Shown: positions 48,561 through 60,799 of the stretch, one piece after another
Position numbering within the stretch: the first letter of the stretch is position 1
Layout: each line of letters starts with the position of its first letter
Source of the DNA: Vicugna vicugna
Lineage: Eukaryota
Assembly: GCA_013265495.1 (NCBI GenBank)
Contig: MU058584.1
Span: 7,096,407-7,160,406 of the forward strand
Reading direction: 5' to 3'
DNA length: 64,000 nt
Made by a program: the position numbers and the translations under genes
Notes under the pieces: model-generated
Told to the model about the DNA's origin: nothing
Databases searched by the model: none
Seen by the model: the letters and a program-made list of their open reading frames with translations, nothing else

Positions 48561-49504
48561 AAGGGAGAGAAAGAGGAGTTCTTAAATGAAAGGAATATGG
48601 ACTTCTAAAATAAATAATGAAGTTCGAAATGCCTGGAATATGTTCCGAGCACCAGTGTTTCTCCAGGCAATTTTGGCTACTTATTATAAAATCCAAGCCA
48701 GTTTGGCTAAGCCCAGAGCTGGCTGCAGACCTGAAGAAATCTCCAGTGTGAAAGCCATCAAGAAGTGGGACTCGGGCTATGTGTATAGAGACAAGTTTTA
48801 GAAGACAGCATAAACTTTTGGGGAAAGCAGGATAATATAAACTTTGGGGAGAAACATAAGCTCTTTAGGAAAGACAGGGAAGAAACTGACACTACTTAAA
48901 AAACAGAATAAGAAAAATATTCCATTGAATAAGTTAGAAGAATATGAAATTAAGTACCAGAAAAAGAAAACACAGAAAAATGATTGGCTTTTTGGGTGGT
49001 TTTTGTTGTCATTGTTGGCTGATACTTGCTTGACATGGAAGGTTTTAAAAACTTTTCTTTTAAATCTGCCTTTAAAAATGATGAAAAAGCCCTTGATTCA
49101 AGAAAAGATGAGAAATAAGCATTCACTTTAAAGGATAGTAAACAGGTTCAGTTTAGTGCTTGTCAGCAAGATTGAAGGTTAAAAGGGAAAAGTTGCAAAA
49201 CAATGATATTTTTCCAGTTTTTCTATAAACGTTGTCATTGTTCATTGAGCTAGTAACTTTTTTATTGACAAAATTATTTTTTTTATAATGCTAAAAGATC
49301 TTTTCTTTTCCTCTTCCGTTTATGGAAATATAAAGAACTCTGACTCGTTTTAAATGCTTTGAAACCTAGTTCTGATGATTACAGCAAGATGTAAAAATTA
49401 ATGATGTTTTTAAAAATTGTATAATTTGATATAAAAGAGGCAATGCTAACATGTTTTTCTTAATAGTGCATTGTTTCCAAACCCTATAAAAGATTAGTTT
49501 ACCT

Positions 49505-49727
49505 TAGAGTTTATCGATCACAGCACTCTTGGCATTTTGAGCCAGGTCATTCTTTGAAGTGGGGGCAGTCGCGTGTATTCTAGAACACTTAGCAGCATCC
49601 GTGACTAGATACCAATAGCGTCCCACACGCCAAGCTCTGACAACCACATACGTCTCCAGATATTGACAATCGTCTGGGAGTTGCAGGGAGCGGGGATGTA
49701 AAATCACCCCCAGTTGTGAAGCGCTGG
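49505..49727. mobile_element. MER20 hAT DNA transposon
   Basis: ggcattttgagccaggtcattctttg...tagcagcatcc...tgacaaccacatacgtctccagatattg...aaaatcacccccagttg. Confidence 0.8.
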
Positions 49728-52699
49728 TTTATTTTAATAGTGTTAAAATAAACCACTTAAGACTCACCTTCTAATTACGGTAGAAATAAAACTTATGTGT
49801 TTAACTGGTATTCTCAACACTAGAGTGTTTGTGACAAAGTCACGAGTGTTGAGATGACGCACGTAAAGCACCTAGACTGTGCCTGGCATGGCTTGAATGT
49901 GTAAAAATATGAGTGATGATGATGTTGGCCCCGAAGATGACAGAAAAAGAGAAGGAGGGGAGGAGGTGGGAGGAGAAGGGGCCAGAAAAGGGAGAAAGAG
50001 GATGCTGAAGACAGAGCACATGCTTGAAAATGTGTGTCTCTCACGTGGCACTGGGTTAGAGCCTGCGCCCTGCAAGGAGGTGGTGGAGAATGGAGCATTC
50101 AGGTGGGGATAAAAGGACTGGATGCATTTTCATCAAAATATTGGTGTTTCTTGTTACAATGATCTCTAAGGCTTAATTCCTTTACACACATGGCATTTTC
50201 TCATCCCGATTAATCCTGACTTGGCTTTCTGGGGGAAAAGCAAACAAATAGATAAATGCCTATCAGACAAGTTGGATTTATTTCCAGGACAGATTGAGAG
50301 AGAGTATAAGTTATCACTCACTGATTCAGTAAAGCTTTAAACTTCCTCATATTGTATTCAGATCTATTGACATCCACACCCATTTTGCATATAGATTTTA
50401 AAAAAACATCTATTGGCTGTAAGACAGTCCATATATGCTAATTGCATGCAATCTGATTAACTTCACAGCAGTGAAGAATCTTCTGACGCAAACACTGTCC
50501 TGTGCATTTAAAGAGGGGATATGAGACTCAGAAAATGTAGGCAAGTTAAGTGAGTTAAGCTAATTACGTGAGTAGGTGAGTCTGAGATGACTCAAGTTAC
50601 CCTCACATGTGAGCACAGGTCTTTCTTGTCACCAGCCCGCAGAGCTTTCTGCCACCCACAACTGCTTGTCATGAACACTCAGCACAAACCAGCCAACTCC
50701 TGAGAGATGGCGGAAGCCTCTCTCTGCTCTCTCCTCTTTCTTTCCCTCCCTCCCTCCCTGGCGGTCCCTTAGGCCCCTCAGTAACATCCTCCTGCTCCCT
50801 TTCCTGCTCAAGGAAGCCGGAGTTCATTCGAGAGTTGGCATGGAGATCACCGCTGCACGGAGGTACGACCCGTTCTGATAGAGGTGACGCCACCTTGATT
50901 TTGCATCGATCACAGGGAGCAAGAGGGACCTGAGGGTGGCAATAGGACCTTGCCCTCTGGCCAGGCTATCAGCCCGTCGGTAGATGTGAGTATAAAACTG
51001 AACTGATTTGAAATTGTTGACATATTTCCTTCTCTTTGGTAAATACCTGCTGCCCTGAGCCCTTCAGGGTACTGACCTGGTCCTGGGCCTCCCAGATACT
51101 TGAAAATATTTTGAATATTGCCTTGCTTGGGCTAGTGCTTTTAATGCTTTTAGCTACTGACTGAATTCTATTAAAAAAATTGTTTTCACTGCCCTTGCAG
51201 GTCACACCAGGGTGGGTGGGATAGTAAGAAAACAAATTTGCCAATCATATGGGAGAGATGGCTAGTAACTAGTGGGAACTGATTTCAGAGGAGAGGGGTG
51301 GAAATGTAAAAGTTAATTCCCTGCGCCTTGATACGGCTCCTCATCCTCACTCCAGGAAAAGGTGAGAGGGGATGCTGGAAAGAGGAGAGTGCCCCACAGA
51401 GTAGTGTTCCATCAATATTTGTAACTGAACAAAGAACAGAATACAGGACTGCCTGACAAGTACACGGAACACCTCACGATACTTGTTTCTGATGAGGGTT
51501 AAACAAGGTAATTAACTAATGCAACAAATATGAAGCACTCGTTCTGTGTTAGGTTTGGGCTAAGATACAAAGTAGAATCCAACCAAAGACGATTAATCAA
51601 CTTATAAGGGAAACAACAGGTTGAGAAATGAGAAGCTGCATGCAGCGAGAAACTGATGGGCCAGAGAAAGGTCTGATATTTTAAAAGTTATGAAAGATAA
51701 TGAGCAGAGAATAAAAACAGCAACAGGACTCAGACATTTAAAATAAAAATCCACATGATACTGGCATTAGACCAAGTAGAACAAGCTGGCTGTATGAGAT
51801 AATTTTCCCACCAAATTCGACCTTACTAAACTTACACTCCTGAGCAGAATATGGGCCCCATCTTTTAAGACAGGCGCTGAGACCATCTAACTACTTCGAG
51901 AGAGGTGCTTATGGGCAGGTCAGCGTGATGGGCATATGACATTCACACCGCACTGTCTCCAAAGGGCACTGCAGTTGGTTCAAAGCTGTCACTGTCTTGA
52001 GATTCTTGGCAACTTTATCTTTGAACTGGGATTTTGTAAGTGAAGTCCAGTGGGACAGTGGAGCGTGCGTGCGGACAGAGGAGATACATGCGTGCTCACA
52101 TCCCCGTGCCTTGCTGATCCTCCGTGTTCAGGGACGCCACCTGGCCCCCCAGGATCCTGTGCTCCTGTTCCATGTCAACACCCCTACAACAGCAGGGGTG
52201 CCGACAGCTACCAGGGGCCAGTTTCCATTAGGACCAGACTTGCTTCCAACGCGGAAAGAAGCTCATGGCGTTCAAAGAGACAAGAACGACCTAGGAACCC
52301 TAATGTATGTTTTCTTTCTTGGGTAACTGCCTGGTATGAGCCAAGCTCTTAGGCTGAAAACGATGATAAAGAAGGGGAGAGAAAAATAGGGCAACTCAGA
52401 GTTCTTTTTCCTCTCAGTCTTTCCTTACTCATCATCAGAGAGTGTTGGTAGAATGTGCACATATCCAGAAGTGAAATAAAACCTTTTGTGCGAGCATTTT
52501 CACTGTTCTGATAAAAATGAAATATTTGCAATTATAAGATATAAAATACAATTTTGGTAATTCTACATACAAGCTCAAAGGTCTTATAATTTGCATTAAA
52601 ACTGGCACTGCATAAATGGTAAGATTCTTTCCGGCAGTTAAAATTGAATTTTTTCTTTACCTAGAATGGTGATTAACCCTATCGTGCTTTTAAAAACTT

Positions 52700-53445
52700 A
52701 ATTTTTTAATTGTGGTAAAATACACAACATAAAATTTACTGTCTTAACCTTTTTAAACTGTACAGTTCAGTGGCATTTACATTCACATTGATGTGCAACT
52801 ATCCCCACTGCCCATCTTCAGAACACTTTTTGTCTTGCAGCACTGAAATTCTGTACCTATTAAATAACTCCACATTGTTCCCCTCCTTCTCGCACCTGGA
52901 ACCACCATTCTTTTCGTCTGTATGAATTTTACTACTAGGTACTTCGTATATCCAGAATCATATGATATCTGGTCTCTTGTGAATGGCTTATTTCACTTAA
53001 CATAATGTCCCCAAGGTTCAGCCACATTGTAGCATTTCCTTCCTTGTTAAGGCTGAATAATATACCGTTGTATATATACCACGTCTTCTTTAATCATTCA
53101 TCTGTTGACCGACACTTCGGTTGCTTCCACCTCTTGGCTATTGTGAATTATGCTGCTATGAACACGAGTGTACAAATACCAGTTCAAGTCCCTGCTTTCA
53201 ATTCTGCTATAAACCCAGAAGTAGAATCACTGGATTATATGTTAACTCTGTTTGAGGACCTGCTGTAGTATTTTCCATAGCGACTGCACCAATTTATATT
53301 TCCACCAACAGTGCATGAGGTTTCCAATTTCTCCACATGGCCGCCTATATTTGTTGTTATCTCTTTTGATAGTAACCATCCTGAGAGGTGTAGGCTGGTA
53401 TCTCACTGGGGTTTTGATTTGTATTTCCCTAATGGTTGTTGATTT
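52700..53445 (-). mobile_element. L1 (L1MA/MB-like) 3' fragment
   Basis: ttaattgtggtaaaatacacaacataaaatttac...ggcttatttcacttaacataatg...ttccaccaacagtgcatgaggtttcc. Confidence 0.88.
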
Positions 53446-55861
53446 TGATTGTGTTAGGCTTTATAACTAATCAAGTATCTTTAAAGGAGGAAGATTTATT
53501 AATACTTTCAAGTCACTTTCTCCCTGCTTTCTGAACACATTGCCCCACATTTTAATTTTGCTTTGGGTTCTAGAAATTACATAGCCAGCTTTGCTGATGG
53601 AAAAGAAGGAATAATTGAGAAAACTGGCTTGGTAGTGACTTCACAATCTGAGCGTACAAAATCTCTTTGCAAGGAGATAGTGATCACCTGTTGCTCACCT
53701 CTCTTGGTGACTGAAATAGAGAAAATAGACTTGATGAACGTTCTAGAGATTTATGTGAAAGGAAAATCGCCTACCCCAAGGAGATGCAGCCTGATGCAAA
53801 GGGTCCAGTCACTGGTTTCACTATGGATTTCAGCTTCGGTATCACCCGTGCAAGTGCTGGATTTATTGTTAAATGTCTCTCTGAGTCCTGAGTGGCCAGA
53901 CAGGGCGGTGGAGGCAGATCCTGAGATGGGTCAGTGTTGACTGGTGGGACACTTGCCCTGTTTGAGGCTCCTGCCTAGCTTCCAAGCAAGCAGGAGTGAA
54001 GAGGGAAAGAGAGCTTTATCCATCAGCAAGTGGAACTGGGCCACTTCTGCAGGCCCGGAAAGTTCTAAGGATCCAAGATTCTAAAGTGCATCCACCGAGG
54101 TATCCCCACCCCAAGTCTCGAAGTCCTGTCCCTCCCCTACCAGGACCCTGACTTTGGTGTAACTTGCCGAGGCTGAGGACTCGTCCTTCTTTGAGGTTCT
54201 GCCTGCTCTCCTGGTTAACTCCTGGGCCTGGCCTCCAGCTCTCTGCTCTGTAGCCTCAGGAAATGAGGGTCTCTTCAAATACTTCCAGGGAGACTCTGAT
54301 TCCCACATTTTGCTTTAAATTTGTGATTGATTTTCCTGTACCTGTCATTTTCCTTTTCCAAGCCATAAAGGGTTTTTGGCAGTAGGCCCCCTATTCCAAA
54401 GTCCTTCTAATTCCTGCACCCACTGTTCCCCTCAAATACCAGACACACTGTGTGAATTTGCACATCCCCTTCCACCTCTGTCCCTCCCACTTCACCACAG
54501 GTCAACATCTTAGTGGTTGCATTGCTAAAGCAGGTCAGGAACTGTCTATCGGTACCCCCACCTGCCACCAGTGATGAGATGCATATTGCCCTCCAGTCAG
54601 TGGATGATCTAATTCCAGAATCACATCCTGAGAATCTGTTTTCTAGGGCCATTCCTGGTACCAACCAGCTTACTGGGTTCCTTAGCAACAGTCAGGCCCT
54701 AGGGATTCAGGCCCATTTGTTTTGCTGAGGGAGTGCTTTCCAGGAGAAGACCTGCACGGGACTAAGGATGCAGGATAAGGAAGGGAAATCGCTAAGCAGG
54801 GACGTGGTCTCAGGTAAAATCCAGTCTCTGCTGATACAAGAGGGTATGTGTGTGGCCTCTAGAGCATACATCACAACATAAAGTTGTCCCACCTTGAGAC
54901 ATGGGGTCAGCTTTTTGAACCCCAGTATCAGCCAGTCATTGGCTCCAGGGTACCCTTAAAGATGGGGCATAACCTCCAGGTAAGGTGGTGCCCAGTGGCT
55001 AAGGGTAGTTCTCCCAGAGAAGGGGGTAACTGTGAGCAGCCACCATTTACAGTAGCTGAGGAAAGGGATCTGAACCTCAGGGGCACTCTTCACCCTGCTT
55101 TTGGATGGTGATTCACATGGACTATATCGCTGGGACTCCTTGCCACTGGGTTTCTAGCTGGGTTAAAAACAAAAACAAAAACAAAAACAAAACCCAGGAA
55201 CCCTAGCATTGGATCACATGGAAAATGAGAATGAGGTCAAGGTATTTATGTACGGCTCCCTGACTGTAAGCTCACCTTAGCTGGCTGCTTCCCTGGACCC
55301 AGTCAAGATCGCTCTGTCCCCGTGACTTTCTCCTTCCAGGTTTTGGTTACCTCTCCCTTCCCTCATCCCTTCAAACCTGCGTCTTGCACTACCACTTGTT
55401 TCTTTAAGCCTTTTCCACATTCTGGTAATAATCTCTTAAGGAAATGTTTCTTGAATTATTTTGAGTGTGTTGTGACCTGTGGAGACTAGTATGCCACCCT
55501 GGTGGCAATTGAGATCAGGAACATAAAAAGGTTCATTTTTACTGTAAGTACACTGAGCATCCATCAAAAGATTTTAAGCAGAAGAGTGAAACGACCTAAT
55601 TGTTCTTTGAGCTCTCAGTTTTGCTTTCTCTCTCCTACATGCCTGTACCATGTAGGTTTTCCAGTAATTTTTTTTCAGCAAGAGATTAGGGTATTGTATT
55701 TTCTGAGCCTTCATATTTCTAATATTGCATATGCGTGTATGTCTGTGGTTTTCATGAATAGGTGATAACTAGCTGGGTATAAACTATTTCTTTGGTTTTT
55801 AAATTTATTTTTTAGTTCTGGGGTGAATGAGAGCATTTCAAGCCTTGGTCTCAATATAATT

Positions 55862-57191
55862 TTCTTTCTTTTTTTTAAATTGAAGTACTGTCAGTTCACA
55901 ATGTGTCAATTTCTGGTGTACAGCCCAATGTCCCAGTCATGCATGTACATACATATATTTGTTTTCATATTTTTCATTAAAGATTATTACAAGATATTGA
56001 ATATAGTTCCCTGTGCTATACTGAAGAAATTTGGGTTTTTTAAAATCTATTTTTATATATAGTAGCTAACATTTGCAAATCTCAAACTTCTAAATTTATC
56101 CCCTCCCAACCCGTTTTCTCTGGTAACCATGATTGTTTACTATGTCTGCAAATCTGTTTTGTAGATGAGTTCATTAGTGTCCTCTTTTTTTCTTTAGATT
56201 CCACATATAAGTGATATCATATGGTATTTTTCTGTCTCTTTCTGGCTTACTTCACTTAGAATGATGATCTCTAGGTCCATTCATGTTGTAGCAAATGGCA
56301 TTATTTTATTCTTTTTTATAGCTGAGTAGTATTTCATTATAGAATTATACCACAACTTCTTGATCCAATTATCTGATTCAATTTCATTACTGGTAATTAG
56401 TCTGCTCATATTTTCTGTTCTTCCTGGTTCAGTCTTGGGAGATTATGCATGTCTAGGAATTTGTCCATTTCTTCTAGGTTGTCCATTTTATTGGCATGTA
56501 ATTGTTCTTGGTTATCTCTTACGATTCTTTGTATTTCTGCGGTGTCGGTTGTAATTTGTTTTTTCCATTTCTGATTTTATTGATTTGGGCCCTTTCCACT
56601 TATTTTCTTGATTATTCTGGCTAAAAGTTTATCAATTTTTTTTATCTTTTCAAAGAACCAGCTTTTAGTTTCATTGGTCTATTTTTTATTTTTAGTCTCT
56701 GTTTTCATTTATTTCTGTTCTCCTTTTTATGATTTCTTTCCCTCTACTAACTTTGGGGTTTATTTGTTCTTTTTCTAGTTCCTTTAGGTGTGAGGTTAGG
56801 TTGTTTACTTGAGAATTTTCTTGTTTCCTGAGGTAGTCTTGTATCGCTATAAAATTCCCTCTTAAGGCTGCTTTTGCTGCATCCCATAGATTTTGGGTTG
56901 TGGTTTTTCTTATTTGTCTCCAGGTGTTTTATTTCTTTGATTTCTTCAGTGACCCATTAGTTGTCTAGTAGAATATCATTTAGCCTCTGTGTGTTTGTGT
57001 TTTTTGCAGTTTTTTTCTTGTAGTTGATTTCTAGTCTCATGATATTGTGGTCAGTAAAGATGCTTAATCATGATTTCACATTTCTTAAATTTACTGAGTA
57101 TTGATTTGTGGCTTAGCATGTGATCTGTTCTGCAGAATGTTCCACGTGCACTTGAAAAGAATGTGTATTCTGCCATCTTTGGATTGAATGT

Positions 57192-57237
<46 letters not shown>

Positions 57238-59005
57238 GAATCAATTCAGGTTCATCCTGTCTAATGTGTCATTGAAGGCCAGTGTTCCCTTACTGATTTT
57301 TTGTCTGGATGATCTGTCTATTGATGTGAGTGGGATGTTAAATCCCCTGCTGTTACTGTGTTACAGTACTGTCAGCTTCTCCCTTTATGTCTGTAAATAT
57401 TTGCTTTGTGTATTTAGGTGCTCCTATGTTGAGTGCATACATATTTATAATTGATACATCTTGGATTAATCCCTTGATCATTATGTAATGTCCTTCTTTG
57501 TCTTTCTTTTAAAGTGTATATTGTCTGATTTAAGTATTGCTACCCCAGCTTTCTTTTGATTTCCATCTGCATGGAATACCTTTTTCCATCCTCTCACTTT
57601 CAGACTGTATGTGTCTTTAGATCTGAAGTGAGTCTCTTGTAGGCAGTATGTATGTCTTATTTCTTATCCATCGAGCCAGTCTGTGTCTTTTGATTGGAGC
57701 ATTTAGTCCATTTCCATTTAAAGTAATTATTGTTAGGTTCCTGGGGCTAATGCTGGTCCACTGGTGGGCAGAGCCAAATTCTGGAGTGGGTGGTTGTAGG
57801 GTAAGGGTTCCTGGCTCTAGTGTCAGCCTGCTAGTGGTTGGCTATGGATTCTGGGGTGTCTCAAAACTGATGCTGGCCCATTGGTGAGTAGGGCTGGATC
57901 CTGGAGCAGCTGGCTGAGGGGCCCAAGGAAACTTGGAGCTGGTGTTGGCCTGATGATGGCTGGGACCACACTCTGCAGGGACGTCCTGGGGCTGGGTGGA
58001 TTGGCTCAATACTGCCATGGTAGGCTACAGGGCTGTGGTGGCCCTGGGGCTAGTATTCACCTCCTGGTGGGTGAGACTAGGGCCCAAGGGGTCCAGGGGC
58101 TTGTGCGTGCCCAGTGGTGTGTGATGCTTTTCCTGGGGCTGGTGCTAGCTCACTGGAGGGCAGAGCCAGGCCCTGGAAGTCTCGGTGGTACAGACTGTTT
58201 TGCAGGGCTGGGTTCTGGGCCCTCTTGGGGACAGGGCTGTGTCCTAGGGAGGCTGTGGGCTCAGGGGTTCTGAGGCAGCCTGCCTGCTGATGGGTGGGGC
58301 TGTGTCCCCACCTGGCTACTTGGTTGGTGGAAGGTCTCCCAGTACTGGTGTCAACAGGCTGGTGGGCAGGGCCATGTCCCAGTGCTAATAAGCTAGAGGG
58401 AGGATTCCAAAACAGGACTTGACAACACCAGTGTTCACATGGTAGAACAAGCTCCCCAGAATGGCTACTGCCAGTGTCTGTGTCCCTGGGTGAGCTCCAG
58501 TTCCTCCTGCCTCTTTGAGAGGCTCTCCAAGCAGGTGGGGCTGACCCAGACTCCTTTCAAATTACTTCTGCCCAGAACATGTGAAATTTTGTGTTTACTC
58601 TTTAAGAGTGAAACCTCTATTTCCCATGGCCCTGTTTCTCCCAAAAGGAAGCCTTGCTGGTCTTCAAAGCCAAACATCTGTGGGCTCATCTTCCTGGTGC
58701 AGGACCCTTGGGCTGGGGAGTCAAATATGGGGCTCAGATACAATTGCTCCTTGCTCTGCAATTTAAATTCTCCTCTCATATGTTGGTCACCCACCTGGGG
58801 GTGTAGATCTTAACTATACTATGACCCTACCCCTCCTACCCATCTCATTGTGGTTCTTTCTTTGTATCTTTAGCTGTGGATGATTTTTGTGCTAGATTCT
58901 GGTCTTTCCCATCTATAATTACTCTGTAAATAGTTATAATTTTGGTGTGCCCATGAGAGAAGGTGAGCTCAGGGTTTTCCTGCTCTGCCACCTTGACCTA
59001 GCTCC
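55862..59005 (-). mobile_element. L1 with 3'UTR, N-terminal ORF2 and 5'UTR, but lacking ORF1 and most of ORF2
   Basis: 3'UTR 55862-~56372; decayed ORF2 endonuclease region ~56373-57733 (IITLNGNGLNAPIKRHRLA at its start); GC-rich 5'UTR ending at the L1 start ggtcaaggtggcagagcaggaaaaccctgagctcacc. Confidence 0.8.
57192..57236. repeat. (CT)n(TA)n compound microsatellite
   Basis: Directly visible inside the L1. Confidence 0.95.
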
Positions 59006-59029
59006 TTCAAAATACTGGATATAAATCCA

Positions 59030-59560
59030 TATTCAGAAGTCAAGTGGGAGACATAAACTTGGAATCTGTCAGCACATAAATGCCATTTCAAATTCTACAG
59101 TTAGATAAGGTTACCAAGGGGGATGCGTGTGGAGATGTGTGATTCAGACTAAGAGCTGAACCCTGGAGCAGTCCAAAGTTAAGGGTCGGGGAGAAGAGGT
59201 GCAACCAGTGAGGTAAGAAGAAACCAAGCCAGGGAAGGGTGTATTAAGGGGAAAAGACCAGTCAATGGCACCAATTGCAGCTGATGTGTGGAGATGAGGG
59301 CTGAGACTGAACCCCTGGATTTAGCAACACAGAGGTCACTGTGATCTTGACATGTTTGGAGTATGGAGGCAAAAGTTCAAGTGAAGTATTTAAGAGAACG
59401 AGTAAAAAAGAACTAGAAATAGTGAGCATAGATACATTTTTCAAGGACTATTGCTGTAAACAGGAGCAAAGATACGAGGTAGAGCCTGGCAGGGGAAGTG
59501 GGAAGAGGCTGGGGTTTTTAAAGCGGAAGGAAACAACAGCGTGTTTGTATGTTGCTGGGG
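59030..59560 (-). mobile_element. L2 LINE fragment
   Basis: ggatttagcaacacagaggtcactgtgatcttga...gaaatagtgagcatagatacatttttcaaggac. Confidence 0.65.
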
Positions 59561-60799
59561 ATGACCCAGGAGGATGCTGCCTTTCCCTTGTTCCAGCATC
59601 CTTGTATGCCCGATGTGCATCTTCCTGGACATCCTCAGATGAAATCCAGTCATTTCACTCAATACACAGAGTAAGTGCACTGCCCTTGGTCCTGTTCAGT
59701 TATTCATCTGGCTACTAGCCACAACTCTCTTACACCTGCAGCTGAAAAGCAGAGTGTGTTTCACTGCTTGATGGAAGTTTCTAGCATTTGATAGTCACTC
59801 ATAAAGCATGACTGTTGGATTCAGGGAGGGTCTGACCTTCCTGCCTGGTACTCTCGCACATGGACTGGTTAGATCACACTAACTACCATCAGTCTCAGAA
59901 TGTGCGTCCCTGGGTCCTTCCCATCTCCATTCCTGCCTGCAGCACTCTACTTGAGGGGACTGTGTATCTCAGGGTACAGCGTGCCCCCCCGTGTAATCCT
60001 CCTCCCACAGTTTTTTTGAGTATTAGACATAATTTAGTGTGTGGGTGGAGAGAGGCTGAAGAGAATGAACAGCTCTCTGGTTGCCTCTAAAAGCAGCACG
60101 TGCAGCTGAGGGGCCGGTGTCAGGTGTTCTGACTGGAACCTGCACGTGTGAGAGAGAAGTGTCCACCTTTCCCTCTTTGAAGTAGACACCATCGAGGTAA
60201 AGCATGAGTGGCCCACCAACTGTTTTCTCTGTAAGAGAAACTGAGACTCAGTGATTTTACACCAAAATCCCTCGCAGAGTCTGTCAGTAGGCTGGGCATT
60301 GGGTATGGCTTTTCGTGATAGAACACCTTTATTTCTCTTATTTTTCCTCACTGTACTTTATTGGAAAACTGAGATGGATTAAACCAAGGTGATTAGCCAG
60401 ATGTTACTTCAAATAAGCTAAGTTTTAAAGTTAAGGCAACAGTTAACACATACTGACTAAGCCAAAGTGCTTAACTGTTTTCTATGAAATAGTTTATTTT
60501 AGTGTTGCGTATGGAGTGGCTACAGATACATATCTGGTATGAACATCGAGGACGAAACTTGGCAACATCGGTAAAAGTGGCTGTGAAGACCTGAGAAGCT
60601 AGAGGACAGGGTGCGTGTCATTTACACTGCTCATCTCCCACCATACATCTTAGGTCATCCAAGGCACTTATCGAGATGGTTAAATAAAGGAGTGTGGAAT
60701 TTAAAACGAGACATACCCCAGGCATAAAATCAAGTGCTTCACCTTTCTTATAGTTTGATTTCTGGCATTTTACTGACTAAAATCTCTCATTTATGCAAT

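Noticed and set aside
53563..53940. 125-aa + strand ORF
   Set aside because: Non-ATG start, no homology recognised, and it may overlap an old CR1/L3 relic
57648..58813. Several 60-130-aa ORFs
   Set aside because: They lie within the decayed L1 5'UTR/ORF2 region
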